A DNA stretch of 62,901 nucleotides, filler included, from Lenisia limosa (taxonomy: Eukaryota; Protista; Breviatea), in NCBI GenBank assembly GCA_001655205.1. It is 9 parts of 9 records of this genome, joined end to end, with 100 filler letters (N's around TTAATTAATTAA, not from the genome) between each part and the next. Parts side by side here need not be neighbours in the genome. Positions count along the whole stretch, not along the records: positions 1 to 10,702 come from LPNZ01010517.1; positions 10,803 to 19,190 come from LPNZ01006424.1; 7 more parts are not named here. One strand, 5' to 3'. The notes beneath the pieces are model-generated. The model was not told where the DNA came from, did not search any database, and saw nothing but the letters and a program-made list of their open reading frames with translations. The first letter of the stretch is position 1; each line of letters begins with the position of its first letter. Made by a program: the position numbers and the translations under genes. Shown here piece by piece: positions 1-10,974 of the stretch.

Positions 1-471
1 TTTTGGAAATATATCAATATTTCACTGGTGTGAATGGAGTCCAATATAAGCCATGGATGCATACTTTACAACTCTGTGCACAAAGCTGTCTTGTGCCTCC
101 CCAAGGGTTAAAAAGCACATATTTATTTTCATTCTTTTTAAAAACAATAAACCTGGCTAACCTGCAAGGCTATCAAGTCTGATGACGGGGGGTGGTAAAA
201 CAGTGCCATGATGCTAGGTTTTCAGCCTGATAAAGTTCGGCAATCTCTTCCCTAAGAACTGTTATGGGAATGGAAAATTTATGTCACAAAAAAATCCCGG
301 GATGAACTCTGTTGCTAGCATTTGAGAAACNNNNNNNNNNNNNNNNNNNNNNNNNNNNNNNNNNNNNNNNNNNNNNNNNNNNNNNNNNNNNNNNNNNNNN
401 NNNNNNNNNNNNNNNNNNNNNNNNNNNNNNNNNNNNNNNNNNNATTGGATTGTATTTGCTCACTTACTGAG

Positions 472-570
472 AGAAGTAGTGTTACGTAATTTCGTATGTA
501 TAAAGATCAAAGAAAACAAAAGAAGTGGTGATTACGTAGTTGCGTATTTATATAGATCAAAGAAAACAAA
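472..570. repeat. Diverged tandem duplication, 2 x about 49 bp
   Basis: agaagtRgtg(a)ttacgtaRttKcgtatKtataWagatcaaagaaaacaaa occurs at 472-520 and 521-570. Confidence 0.8.
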
Positions 571-975
571 AACGCCCCAACAATCAAACAAGCCAACATC
601 AAACAATACACGATCGGAGACAAACTGGATAACGGACAGGTACTCGAAGAGATGTGTAGGAAACAACATTCTCCGCGTAGCAGCAAAGTATTACGGTATT
701 TTGAAATCAATGAAGTGGAGAAAGAGGGCTGGAAGAGCCTAAAAACTCACCAACCTGAGTGATCGGGGCTAGCAGCTTCAGCTTTTGGTATTATTGTGGG
801 GTTTCAACTTAGTGAGGCTGAATTAAATACACAAATTTGAACATCAGGCCATTAGAGTGTTTGTCGTGATTCAGAATAAACAAAGAAATAAAGGAGGATG
901 ACGTCATGACGTCACTACTAAATATACGGAATAACGTCTACGCCTTTGCCTTCCCTCTAAGGAAAGTGGCCGCGA

Positions 976-3558
976 ATGGGTAGCCATGCAACAAATTCTT
1001 TGAAGGCGTTATTTTGTTAATTTTGTTACATATATTAAGCAGATCATATTATCATATATCGTTTAATAATTGAAATTACACCTCAACAGACAGGCTGAAA
1101 TTGACTTATTGAAATGCCATCCGTTTGCTTGGTTTACTTTGTTTATTGCACAGGATGATCGATCCACAGCACAGCTTGAGTGTGCACATCCCCATGAGAG
1201 GCTCCATCCGTACACCATGATCCCAGGTCCTGTCGAGGTTTGCCAATTTATTTGCCCTTGACAATTTAGATGAGCCATGCTGTCAGGGAAGCTGCTAATG
1301 GTCCTGCTTTGTCACATGGATGCCCTCGATTTTCAAGTTGGAAAGACTGTTTTAAGCAACTTTATTTGTAGAGATACATCAAGAATGCTTGATAATGACA
1401 AAACAGGTACGTTATGAAGCCAATCCAGATTGTTTATTCAGCCAAGCCAATACCAATCTCATTTTCTGGTTGTTTCTTGTTATTTGAGAAAGATTTCTGG
1501 GATCCCACTGAGCCCACACTGATATTCAGGAAGCGTCCCTTCACATAGAAAAGACTGAATAAGATTGAAAAACAATGTCAGATTTCACAATATTTTGCTA
1601 GTTATACTTCGAAATATCTAATATGAATTTGGATATTGGATTTTTTATAAACTTTCAGCTGTTCAAAGCCCCTGATTGCATTCCATTCATTATCAATGGC
1701 TCTGGTAGGTATATGTCTGAAGTTCATCAGGCAGGTACCTTGGCTATGGAAATGGCGGTGTTGAATTTCACCTCCCACAAAGACAAAGTTGATCCCTATT
1801 TGGTAATTAGGTGCTTGTTATTAGTACTGGAACATTTGGACATAGATTTGCCGAAATACTGCACAGTCATGGACGCGAAGGTTAGCTATGACCAAGGAGA
1901 AGTATATTCAAACATGATATACGAAATACAGTTGAATAAGTAATATATACTCCTCTTAGTTATGACAACTAAAGTGCCAAAAAATCACCAACTGAGTGAA
2001 CTAACCGTCACCATTCAGTATTAGTGGCATCAGCCCCTGCAGTCGGTTCCAGGCCTGTTGCATGTGAATTGGAGGCCATCTTCAATAACGAGAAAATCAG
2101 CGCTGTCACTCTTACTCAAGTGGGCATTGAGATCTCTCATTTTATATCACTCAATTACAATAACATCTTACTCTTTAGGTTGATACAGGATCTGGTGTTT
2201 TGACTGACATTGAATACACTGTTCAACTCATTAGAAGATCCAAAAAGGTTATTGTTTTGTTTTTGACAATTTAGTCCAAAGACGCTATTGTTATTGTGGA
2301 TGGCGTTTGTTCAATTGGAGCTGAGGAGTTCAATATGATGTGAGAGTCCAATTCGGAGTAATAATATGATAGGAAATGGGAAATTGATGTTGCTTTCACG
2401 AGTTCGGATACAGCAGTAAGTGATTATGTGACTGTAATTGCAGGTATCTATGAGTCCTGGATTGTTCTTGATGGCGGTTCGGCCACACGCATCGAATATG
2501 TTGGGTACTGTCATTGATCGAGGTAATTCTGTTCTGATCTAATACGCAAGGCTACTACACTGATTTAAGTAATTGGAGCCAAGTCATGCAAGGTTACCTA
2601 ACTTCGTCGCCTCTGTACTTCTCCACCCCTGCAGGTTGGAATGGAGTTCTATTAAGATGATTCAGGTGATGTTACCTGCTATGTATATAATGTAATAGTA
2701 TGCTATCCTATGATATATAAAGTGTATATACTACCTGTATATTATGTATAAGGAATAATCCAATATATCTTATAAACGTGATGGTGTGGACAGCTTTGGC
2801 CAGATAAAACCGTATTTTTTATTTCTCATTGCTATAAAAATGAATAGACATCCGCCTCATATCGTAGTGACACTGGTGAACCAGCTAAAGGAGGCCTTGA
2901 AAGAAGTCCTTTCTGAGGGCGGGTTGTCAAAGAGGTAGACACCCATTGCATTTGATCTTCAGACTTCGTGAGGTCAAAGCATGCTCACAAACAATACGGA
3001 AAGCCCTTAGCGACGCAGGGTTCCAACTGGTAACGTCAACCATTCCAAATGTAACAATTTAGCTTACCCCCACACCCGCACACACAATGACTGCTGCGTT
3101 GGTTCCTTTCAATTTCAATGCTAAGATGGTGACTGGAAAAGGCATTTATTCAAAAAAGATCAGTGCACAGCATTCATAATTCAGGTGATGAAAATCTTTG
3201 CAACACATGGAGTCACAATCTCAGCCGGTTTAATCCCAAATATCAAAGATAAATACATCAGAATCGGCCACATGGGATATTCAACAAGTATTTTCAATGT
3301 CACTTTGGGCTAACTGTGTAGGAAGCCCAGAACAAATTGAGAAATTGCTTCACTGCATCAAAGTAAGCAGTTAAATTTACTCTTTCGCTGTTTCTCTCAT
3401 ATCAATGCAGTGTGTCCAAATTGAAAGTGCCAACTTAGAACGCCCCGCTTCGCCTTTGGCCAAGAACCAATCCATCACAAGCAAGGTCAAAAATATGGGT
3501 GCGATTTTGACTTATATTCATGCTCTTAGACACTGAAATGGATGAACTCAAGGTCTAA
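976..3558 (+). CDS. Aminotransferase class V (alanine-glyoxylate/serine-pyruvate aminotransferase-like), multi-exon; catalytic Lys replaced by Thr
   Basis: Manually spliced exons give YTMIPGPVE, PFIINGSGTLAMEMAVLNF, VLVISTGTFGHRFAEIL, QVDTGSGVLTDIE, IVIVDGVCSIGAEEF, WEIDVAFTSSDTAVSMSPGL, KYIRIGHMG, ending DTEMDELKV* (TAA 3556-3558). Introns are GT-AG, e.g. 1705-1734 and 1788-1810. The start at ATG 976 is inferred from frame-consistent splicing. Confidence 0.85.
2755..2835 (+). repeat. Dispersed intronic repeat family R1 (about 80-160 bp), unknown class
   Basis: Core ataatccaat..cttataaRcgtgatggtgtggacRgctttggccagata..tttttatttctcattgctat. Other copies at about 13714-13873, 32446-32572, 34048-34128, 38405-38452, 53090-53148 and, reversed, 52703-52780. 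Confidence 0.85.
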
Positions 3559-6500
3559 AATGACATGGAGCATTTCATGGCGCAATCACTCAGTTCACAA
3601 TAAATATATACATGATTTTCGAGAAACGACAATTTGATATCCCAAGCTTTATCGTCATTCTCAGGCTAGATACTAATTAGAAGAGAGGGAATTTATCAAA
3701 AGAATCTATTTAGTTTTTAGGGAACTTCAAAAATATCATATGATATAATGTAAAATGAAATGTTGTAATAATCAGGCTGAACAGGAATGAAAATATACCG
3801 ACACTAAGCACAACATTTCTTTCAACTCTCTCAGTTGTTTGTCTTCGTCAGCTCTAAACTTATCTTCAGCAGCTACAGTTTCTCAGAAATAGAAAATAGG
3901 GAACCAAATAATCATTGGCTTCAAAAGTGCGTTAAAAATCAATATAAACTACTTCCAAAATAAAGGGGGGTGACTTGTCTGGAGTTCTGATGAATATTTT
4001 GTAAAATTCTTTTTTTCAAAAATAGCTTTGTTGTTTTACAGCTTGAAAACTCGACATTTTCCTGGGTTCTTTTTGGAACTGAAGTGAAGCCCTAATCACA
4101 CCACTCTATCTACATTCATACCGCCTAATCTAGATTCACACCGCTATATGTTCATTCACACCACTGTGTCACGACTTACAGCGAGAGTTCAATTAATTTT
4201 TAAAACCTAGGTTATATTAATTTTTATAACGATTTAGGGCCTGAGGTGGACAGTTTTAGGCAACAATTTTCTTCTTTGTTCTAAATCAATGCTAAAGGAA
4301 ATAATGATAATTAAGTGTAGGAAAATCGGGGAAATTATGAAGTGAACTATGAGATCTCAGTAAAAATCCGGATCAAAGTGTCCTGATATGGTGACAAGAT
4401 TCTTGATTAATAAACTTAGATGCGGTTTGAGGAGAATTTCCGTAAAATCACCATTAATTGGACTCCCGCTTCAAGGGTTGGGTTTGCACAAGACCAGTTT
4501 TTACTTGAGGATATCTTAGTTGTCTACCAAGAAAAAGTAAATTTTGGGATCTTCTAATAATTCGGAGATGACAAAAAAGTTGAAGTTTGGGGGAAATAGG
4601 ATAAAAGTCAAAAAGAAACTGGTAATTAATGTTGGTAACTATCCACTTGAGGGATTTGTTTTGTCAAGCCCAGATTTTTCCAAATGAGTGAATTAGTTGG
4701 TAGTGATTGAGTGAATCTTGGGATATCCTAAATGATACAGAGCTAACAAGGTTTCAAAATAGCTGAGATTATGGCTAAATTTATAAATGTTCAACAATCC
4801 CAACAAATCTCTAAAATTGCTATTTATTATCTTCATTAGCCTGCGTCACCACTTAATGGATGCATTTGGTCAAGGCCGGTTTTTACCAGAGAAAATTATT
4901 AGAAAGGTTGAGCCAATTATTGAATATCATAAATAATTTGGAGATAACAAGTTATCAACTGAGGGAATGAGTAAATTGTTCAAAAATTTCACAAAATCAC
5001 AAAACTGTTATGTTTTTTGGTCACTAGGTTGTGTCACCACTTAAGGATGCCTTTAAGCAAGTTCTGTTTTTACTAGAGGATATATTAGGTTTATACCAAG
5101 AAAAAGCGATTTTTGGATCCCTGAATAATTCGGAGATACAGGTTATAAATACCTGAAATTGGTCAACGATTCTAAAAACTACCTAAAATTGTTTTTTATA
5201 TTGGCCACTAGGCTGTGTCACTACTTAAGGGATGCGTTTGGTCAAGGCCGTTTTTTACTAGATGGAACTATTAGTAGGTATCTTGATTGAGTGAAATTTT
5301 GGATCACCTCACTTTTTCGGAGATAACATTAGGGGGGGTGGGATGGGATAAATGGTCAACAATACTTAAACCATCACTAAAATTGTTATTTACATGTATG
5401 TGGGTCATTAGGCTGTCACCACTTAAAGCGGGAGTCCAATATTTATGTTGATCACCAGGATGCTTCACTACTTGAGGGATGTCAAACTGCAAGTGCGGTT
5501 TTTACTTGAACGGGAAAATGGTAGGTATTCCAATGGATTGAATTCTTGGATCTCTTAAATGATTCGAAGATAACAGGGTACCAAATTCCTGAATTTGAGG
5601 GGAATTGGGGAATTGGGGAAATTGGTCAAAAATCCTCCAAAACACGTTATTTATGTTGGTCACCATCTGCGTCACCACTAAAGGTATGCGTTTGGGCAAG
5701 GGAAATTTTTGCTGGGGCTCTTAGAAGGTATTGTGATTGAGTGAATTTTCGTATCTTCTTAATGATTTGGAGGTTTCATGGTAGAAATAGCTCACCTATT
5801 TCATCATTTATTTCTTTTTTTTTAGGAAATATTAATAACTAATGCAGAAGAAGAACACCAAGCTACACTTCCCCATTTCAAAAGAAGGGAAGAGTCTGGT
5901 GAAGCCTTAGGGAGAGGAAAATTTTACCTCTTTCCAGTATTAAGATGGTGACAATGTCCATTTTCGGGTTTTAATTTTGACTACGCACAGCCAACACTAC
6001 CATATTCTCTATATGTTGCAGTGATGGTCTCCAGGTTTAGAAGTATCATCTTTGGACTGTTCCATTAACTACTGACATAATTTTTCAATTGGTTTTAAAA
6101 ATAAGACTGAACCACCTGGCTTATTGCATCTCCATTCTTCAAATAAGCTGGAGAAAGATTAAAGAAAGAAAGAACAACTAGCTTTGCTTATTGCCAAGGG
6201 GTAAATGGGGCCCCAGGAAAAGAAGAGTGTTTTCCTATGGGATATGGGAGATTGATCCCCTTGCACATATGGCATCATTGTAACCAAATAATATTTTTCT
6301 CAGACCGAACCAAATAATCTTGTATAAAGATGAAAGTAACAATACAATACATTGAGAAGATAGCAATAGAACTTACCATAATAGAGAACAAACATACCAC
6401 CATAATAGTTAAAAAAACAAGAGGACAGAAATAGAAGCGAAACAAGAACAACAGAGATACCATGCAGATGGGGAGGGGGGGAGGGTTAGAATTGGTCAAA

Positions 6501-7120
6501 CTCTTCGAGCGGGGTTGCCTCAGGTGCCTCAAACTCACCAAATGCATCCGATTTTTGGCCGGATTCCGGACCAATATCAAGCATTTCAAACTGGCCGGGT
6601 GAGGTTGGACACGGGGGAATAGGGTTAAAGGGGTATAGTTTATTTATGCCAAACTAGTCGGATGAAATTGGGGTGATATTGATATTGGGATGTTGTATTG
6701 GGAAGGGGAGGGGGAAGAGCGATAGCACGTTTATCCAGGGTAAACATAAAGACTGTGACTGAGTTCCTCCTGCCCACCTCTTTGCTCTTCTCGCGATACT
6801 TAGTCGTGGCGTGGCACTCATCTGAAGAATGTTACATGAGGGAGGGGTGATGCATGCTGAATTTGATAGATGGCGATGAATTTGGGCTTGATGGACTAGG
6901 GATACTCTTCGGTTCGAAAAAAGACTGAATTTCTCGATAAATCCTCAAAACTATCGATATTTTAGGTATTTTTCGAACCGAAGTGAAGCCCTAGATTCCT
7001 GTAGAACCCCATACCAGCGTTCCTGTAGATGAACTCATCGTCTTCGGGGTCATCTCGCTTGTCCCGGCCCGAGCACCCGCTTCCATCTGCAGGACAGGGG
7101 TAAATTGATGGAGGGGGGAG
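3555..7120 (-). CDS. Multi-exon gene of unknown function; exon chain only partly resolved
   Basis: Splice-bounded minus-strand exons: DGSGCSGRDKRDDPEDDEFIYRNA (about 7017-7090), DECHATTKYREKSKE (about 6775-6820), FEMLDIGPESGQKSDAF (about 6538-6590), TVAAEDKFRADEDKQLRELKEMLCLVS (about 3799-3885), PENDDKAWDIKLSFLENHVYIYCELSDCAMKCSMSF* (3555-3665). The 5' end was not found. Confidence 0.5.
4440..5760. repeat. Degenerate tandem repeat (satellite-like), period about 185-200 bp, about 7 units
   Basis: Anchor gtcacYacttaa recurs near 4846, 5034, 5217, 5416 and 5672, with degenerate versions near 4464 and 4644. It is followed in each unit by ggatgc.tttggtcaagg, ttttactagag and ttcggagata motifs. Confidence 0.8.
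6899..6991. mobile_element. MITE family M1 (about 95 bp, TIR gggcttcacttcggttcgaaaaa, TA flanks; Tc1/mariner/pogo-type)
   Basis: TA|gggatactcttcggttcgaaaaaag...tttttcgaaccgaagtgaagccc|TA. It lies in an intron of the minus-strand gene. Confidence 0.9.
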
Positions 7121-7589
7121 TGAAATAGGATAAGATTGTTGATGTACATATGTGTACAATACATATGCTGCTGCAAACCGTGTCATTTATGATTTTTTTG
7201 TCAATCTTTTTCTATTTTTATCAATACAAATGGATTTGTTTACCGTTTGAGATTTTCAAAAAATTACACTATTTTGGAATTTTCATTTTTCAAAAAAGTC
7301 AGTTCAGTTCAGTCCAGTTCATTCGCCTTGATAAGCTTCAGCAGTCACCGCTTTGGCCACACTATCAACACATTTTCTCTCAATTTTCATTCTTGTGGCT
7401 TTCATAGGCCTCATAGCACTGCTTTTCTTTTTCTTTTCACAATATAGGATTGGTTGTTATGGTCAAGCAAAAAGCAAAAAGCTATTTTGAATAAAAAAAG
7501 CCATATTTGGAAGACGGATGGGCTGCCCAAAATCATGTAGAGCGAACGCGTTTTATGAACAAAGCTTGCACTGCGTGGCACGAGCGAGA

Positions 7590-9700
7590 CTGTGGAACAT
7601 GGCCCAGTCACTCATTATTTTTATTATTGGATTCAGCAAGCGACTATTCCTTCAAAATACCTGCTGCCTTTTAGGAAAGCATTCTCACGCTATATTCAAA
7701 TTCTGGAAAATAAACTTGCAAGTGGTGATACTTCAATTGGTCTGTTGGAGTTAATTGATTTGAAAAGCGGAAGAAAGGCAGTATTAACGCATACATGTCT
7801 ATGCTGGCCAAAGAAGCAGTAGTCAATCGATACTTGGAAGTATTAAGACATGAGTTTTGAAATACCAAAGGAGGTGTTTCAACTGCCCGTTCTTGTGTCT
7901 CCTTTTATTCAAGTCAACAAATTAGTTCTTCCAATTCAAGACGTAATCCATTTATTTAAGAGATGTCGTTTTTTTGGTTTCGAGGGAAGAGGTCAACTTC
8001 TTTTTTCCTGCGTGGAAGGCAGTTACGAATGCTGGAAAGACCCCACTGACAACAGCTAACTTCCGGAGTGACCTCCAGTCGGTCCCCAAGGCTGAGGAAT
8101 TTTTTCCGCAAAACTGGTTGCCAAGCTGAAAAAGAATGGGGAGCTTGACGGGGCAGAATTCGCCACCGCGGTCACCAACCTTATACAAAGTCACGATAAG
8201 CGAGGATTGTCACATGCGTCTCTACATGGCCTCTTCCACCGAAACGGTTTTTACAAAATACATCAACGTAGGCTGTGTTGTTCGCCATCATGAAAATTGA
8301 ACTTAATAAAGTGTTGTCTAAGATTTTAGAATTTGTTATTTGTTTATCAAGCTTTGGGAATAATAACTGATAATAAATCTGAGAAAGGTTTGTATACCAA
8401 ATCTTAATGACTTGTAGCACTTTAGTCTTTTGAAAAACCAATTGATGATATCTTTGACCGTTTTATTGAATCTGCAAAGAAGGAACTCTCTCTTGAGCTT
8501 TCGGATGTGGCGCTTAAAAAGGTAACTGGTTGTATTTGTGTCTTATTGTTTGTACTCTCCCATTTCATCCACTGATCCTAACAGATTATTGTCAAATGCT
8601 GTCTCACAATTAAAGAATATTACCCCTGACACTGAACTTGATACCGATAGAATTATCATGTTTGATGAAATTGCATTTATGGTAGGTAAATGGGAAGGTG
8701 TCAGATCGCCCCCTTGCTTCAGCTATCTCAATGTCAAGCTTGAGTGGAAAAGTGGTTAAGGCATCAATCACTCTTGGAGGAGAAAGCTTCATGGCTAAAG
8801 CTGAAAAGAGAAATCCTGTTCAGTTCAATCTATTCCCAAATCCTTTGGCTTTAATAACACAATGAAAGAAATGATTGACATTATTAATCAATCTGAATAT
8901 CATCCGAGAATGCTCTTCAATGCATCAGGTGAAGCTATAAAGGCTGCAAAAGACCGTGGTATGGTAGTTCATGGAGTTAATATGAGTGGATACTTCACAA
9001 CCGAGACGTTTATGATGTCAATGGATTGTATAAGTAAGTCATTTGGTGCTTCTCCTTCAAATCCAATTGCTATGATCGGTGATGGCGCACGTATTCATGT
9101 CCAGAGGTACGCTTGTGAGTTGAAAATCATGAGAGTGTAGGTTATATGCTCACTTTTCTTTCGAAACGGTATAATTGTTGGAATCGAACCCCCTTTTACT
9201 TCCCATTTTCTCCAAGTTTGTTGAGGATTTCCCTCTTATACTCAGGTTGCGGACAGTATTTACCATTCAAAAGTGAATAAATATTAAAACAGCAAAGCGA
9301 ACTTACTGTACATTCTAGAAGGTTTGCATTTTAATCATCAACTTTTCAGAGACATGACGGAAGCTGAAATAACAACAATCATTGCTAAATCATTGAAAAG
9401 CAACCTCTGAGGTCATTGAATTTTCTCAAAGAGACTGTGGTTATACTTCGGATGCAAAATTGGTAAAAATTGAAAAGTTTCAGAAAGGCTCAACGATTGA
9501 TGAAGGTTACCCTAAGGTGACCCATTCAAAGTTGAAGAAATAATTGTGGACAATATATACTTCTTTTTGTGTTTCAACCTTCAAACGCAGACGTATCAGA
9601 GTGATTTTATCTTTTTTTAACAATAAGAATTGAAAAATGACGAAAATCATTATGAGAGTTTCTCAGAAATGACACGGTTTCCGTGCAGCAGCATATGATC
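7590..9700 (+). CDS. Intron-containing pogo/Tigger-like DDE_1 transposase-derived gene, possibly degenerate
   Basis: One plus frame (7592, 7850 and 8441 are in phase) runs into IDDIFDRFIESAKKEL, then DRIIMFDEIAF (first catalytic Asp), MLFNASGEAI, SGYFTTETF (NGWMTxxxF-like) and IAMIGDGARIH (LLxLDGHxSH-like). The exact exon structure and ends are unresolved. Confidence 0.6.
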
Positions 9701-9998
9701 AGATCAAATAAAGATGGGTAATCTAACAAAATAAATATATTGATGATGTATTGAGCACCACCCACTGTATCCACCTCCCCCCCCCCCCNNNNNNNNNNNN
9801 NNNNNNNNNNNNNNNNNNNNNNNNNNNNNNNNNNNNNNNNNNNNNNNNNNNNNNNNNNNNNNNNNNNNNNNNNNNNNNNNNNNNNNNNNNNNNNNNNNNN
9901 NNNNNNAAAAACAAAAAAAACAATTCTGTAGTCAAGTAGAAAGTGGAGAAGGAAAAAAAGGGGGTTATAAAATGCTGGCGGAATTAGGGGTGCTATTT

Positions 9999-10093
9999 GG
10001 GCTTCACTTCGGTTCGATAAAAGACTGAATTTCTCGATATTCCTCGAAAACTATCAATCTTTTAACGGTATTTTTCGAACCGAAGTGAAGCCC
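9999..10093. mobile_element. MITE family M1 copy
   Basis: gggcttcacttcggttcgataaaag...tttttcgaaccgaagtgaagccc|TA. Confidence 0.9.
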
Positions 10094-10746
10094 TAGATAG
10101 TATGCTTCTATGTATGTGTATGGGTATGTGTGCCTGTGGGGGGGTATAATACCCCTCTTTCGAGGGTAGGCCGATTTCAAACCACAAAAGCCCGGTTTAC
10201 CTCTTCCGTGGCATTGAAATCTGCTGGGTGTCCTTGAATGACCTTGAAGACTGCTTTACCTCGAGTCTTCCTTGGAATGGTGAGAATGGGATTGTTTGGG
10301 TGAGGAAAGTTGCATATATTATGTACATGTAATATAGCTCTGTAGAGATTACTATATGATGTGGAAATGAATGTTTGAGAAAGGAAAATAGTACATAATC
10401 TTGGATAAGAAGAAGCAGATACAACAGATCAACACAACTGGTATGGCTACGGTATACATAACTGATAGCCTATTCTGAAGAAGCAATTAATATTGTCTAT
10501 TGTTTGCATCTAAGTGGCAATTATGGTCTGCTGGTGATATCATTTTCTGCACCAGGATATGGATATAAATATATTTAATCATCCCGCCAACTTGCTTTGA
10601 GGAGGTAAAGGAACGTCTTGGCCGTGGGGTTGTTGTAGCGGTTGGAGAGGTAGAGCGTGGATAGGACTGGGGTGTGAAACGAAACAGCAGAAATATGAGT
10701 AANNNNNNNNNNNNNNNNNNNNNNNNNNNNNNNNNNNNNNNNNNNN

Positions 10747-10758
10747 TTAATTAATTAA
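10747..10758. other. Artificial scaffold-join spacer (TTAATTAATTAA inside a 100-nt N gap)
   Basis: The same 44N-TTAATTAATTAA-44N block recurs at 19235, 28453, 38658, 40235, 51711, 53016 and 58121. It has stop codons in all six frames and is an assembly artefact. Confidence 0.95.
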
Positions 10759-10974
10759 NNNNNNNNNNNNNNNNNNNNNNNNNNNNNNNNNNNNNNNNNN
10801 NNAGGAATTCATAATGCTTATATTCACTTTTCGGAAGACCCACCTACTGTATGGAGGGCAAAACACACACCCTTTTATTACACTATTTTCAAGTTATCTT
10901 GAGTAATCCTCGATCTCCTTGACACTGTCCATCTTCACTTTTTAATACTGAATCCGTCTTGAAATCATAATTAT

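Noticed and set aside
6775-6820. DECH string as a DExH helicase Walker B motif
   Set aside because: It has no preceding hydrophobic strand, and no Walker A or other helicase motifs were found in neighbouring exons.
7671-8441. Minus-strand ORFs (7671-7868, 7952-8194, 8181-8441), including an integrase-like DRGGEF string
   Set aside because: They are better explained as antisense shadows of the in-phase plus-strand DDE_1 gene, and no other integrase motifs are present.
9723-9939. ORF-track entries containing long X runs (here and at many other gaps)
   Set aside because: They are artefacts of translating through N gaps.
10747-10758. Repeated TTAATTAATTAA palindrome at eight sites
   Set aside because: It is always centred in an exactly 100-nt N block. 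It is an artificial six-frame-stop scaffolding spacer, not biology.
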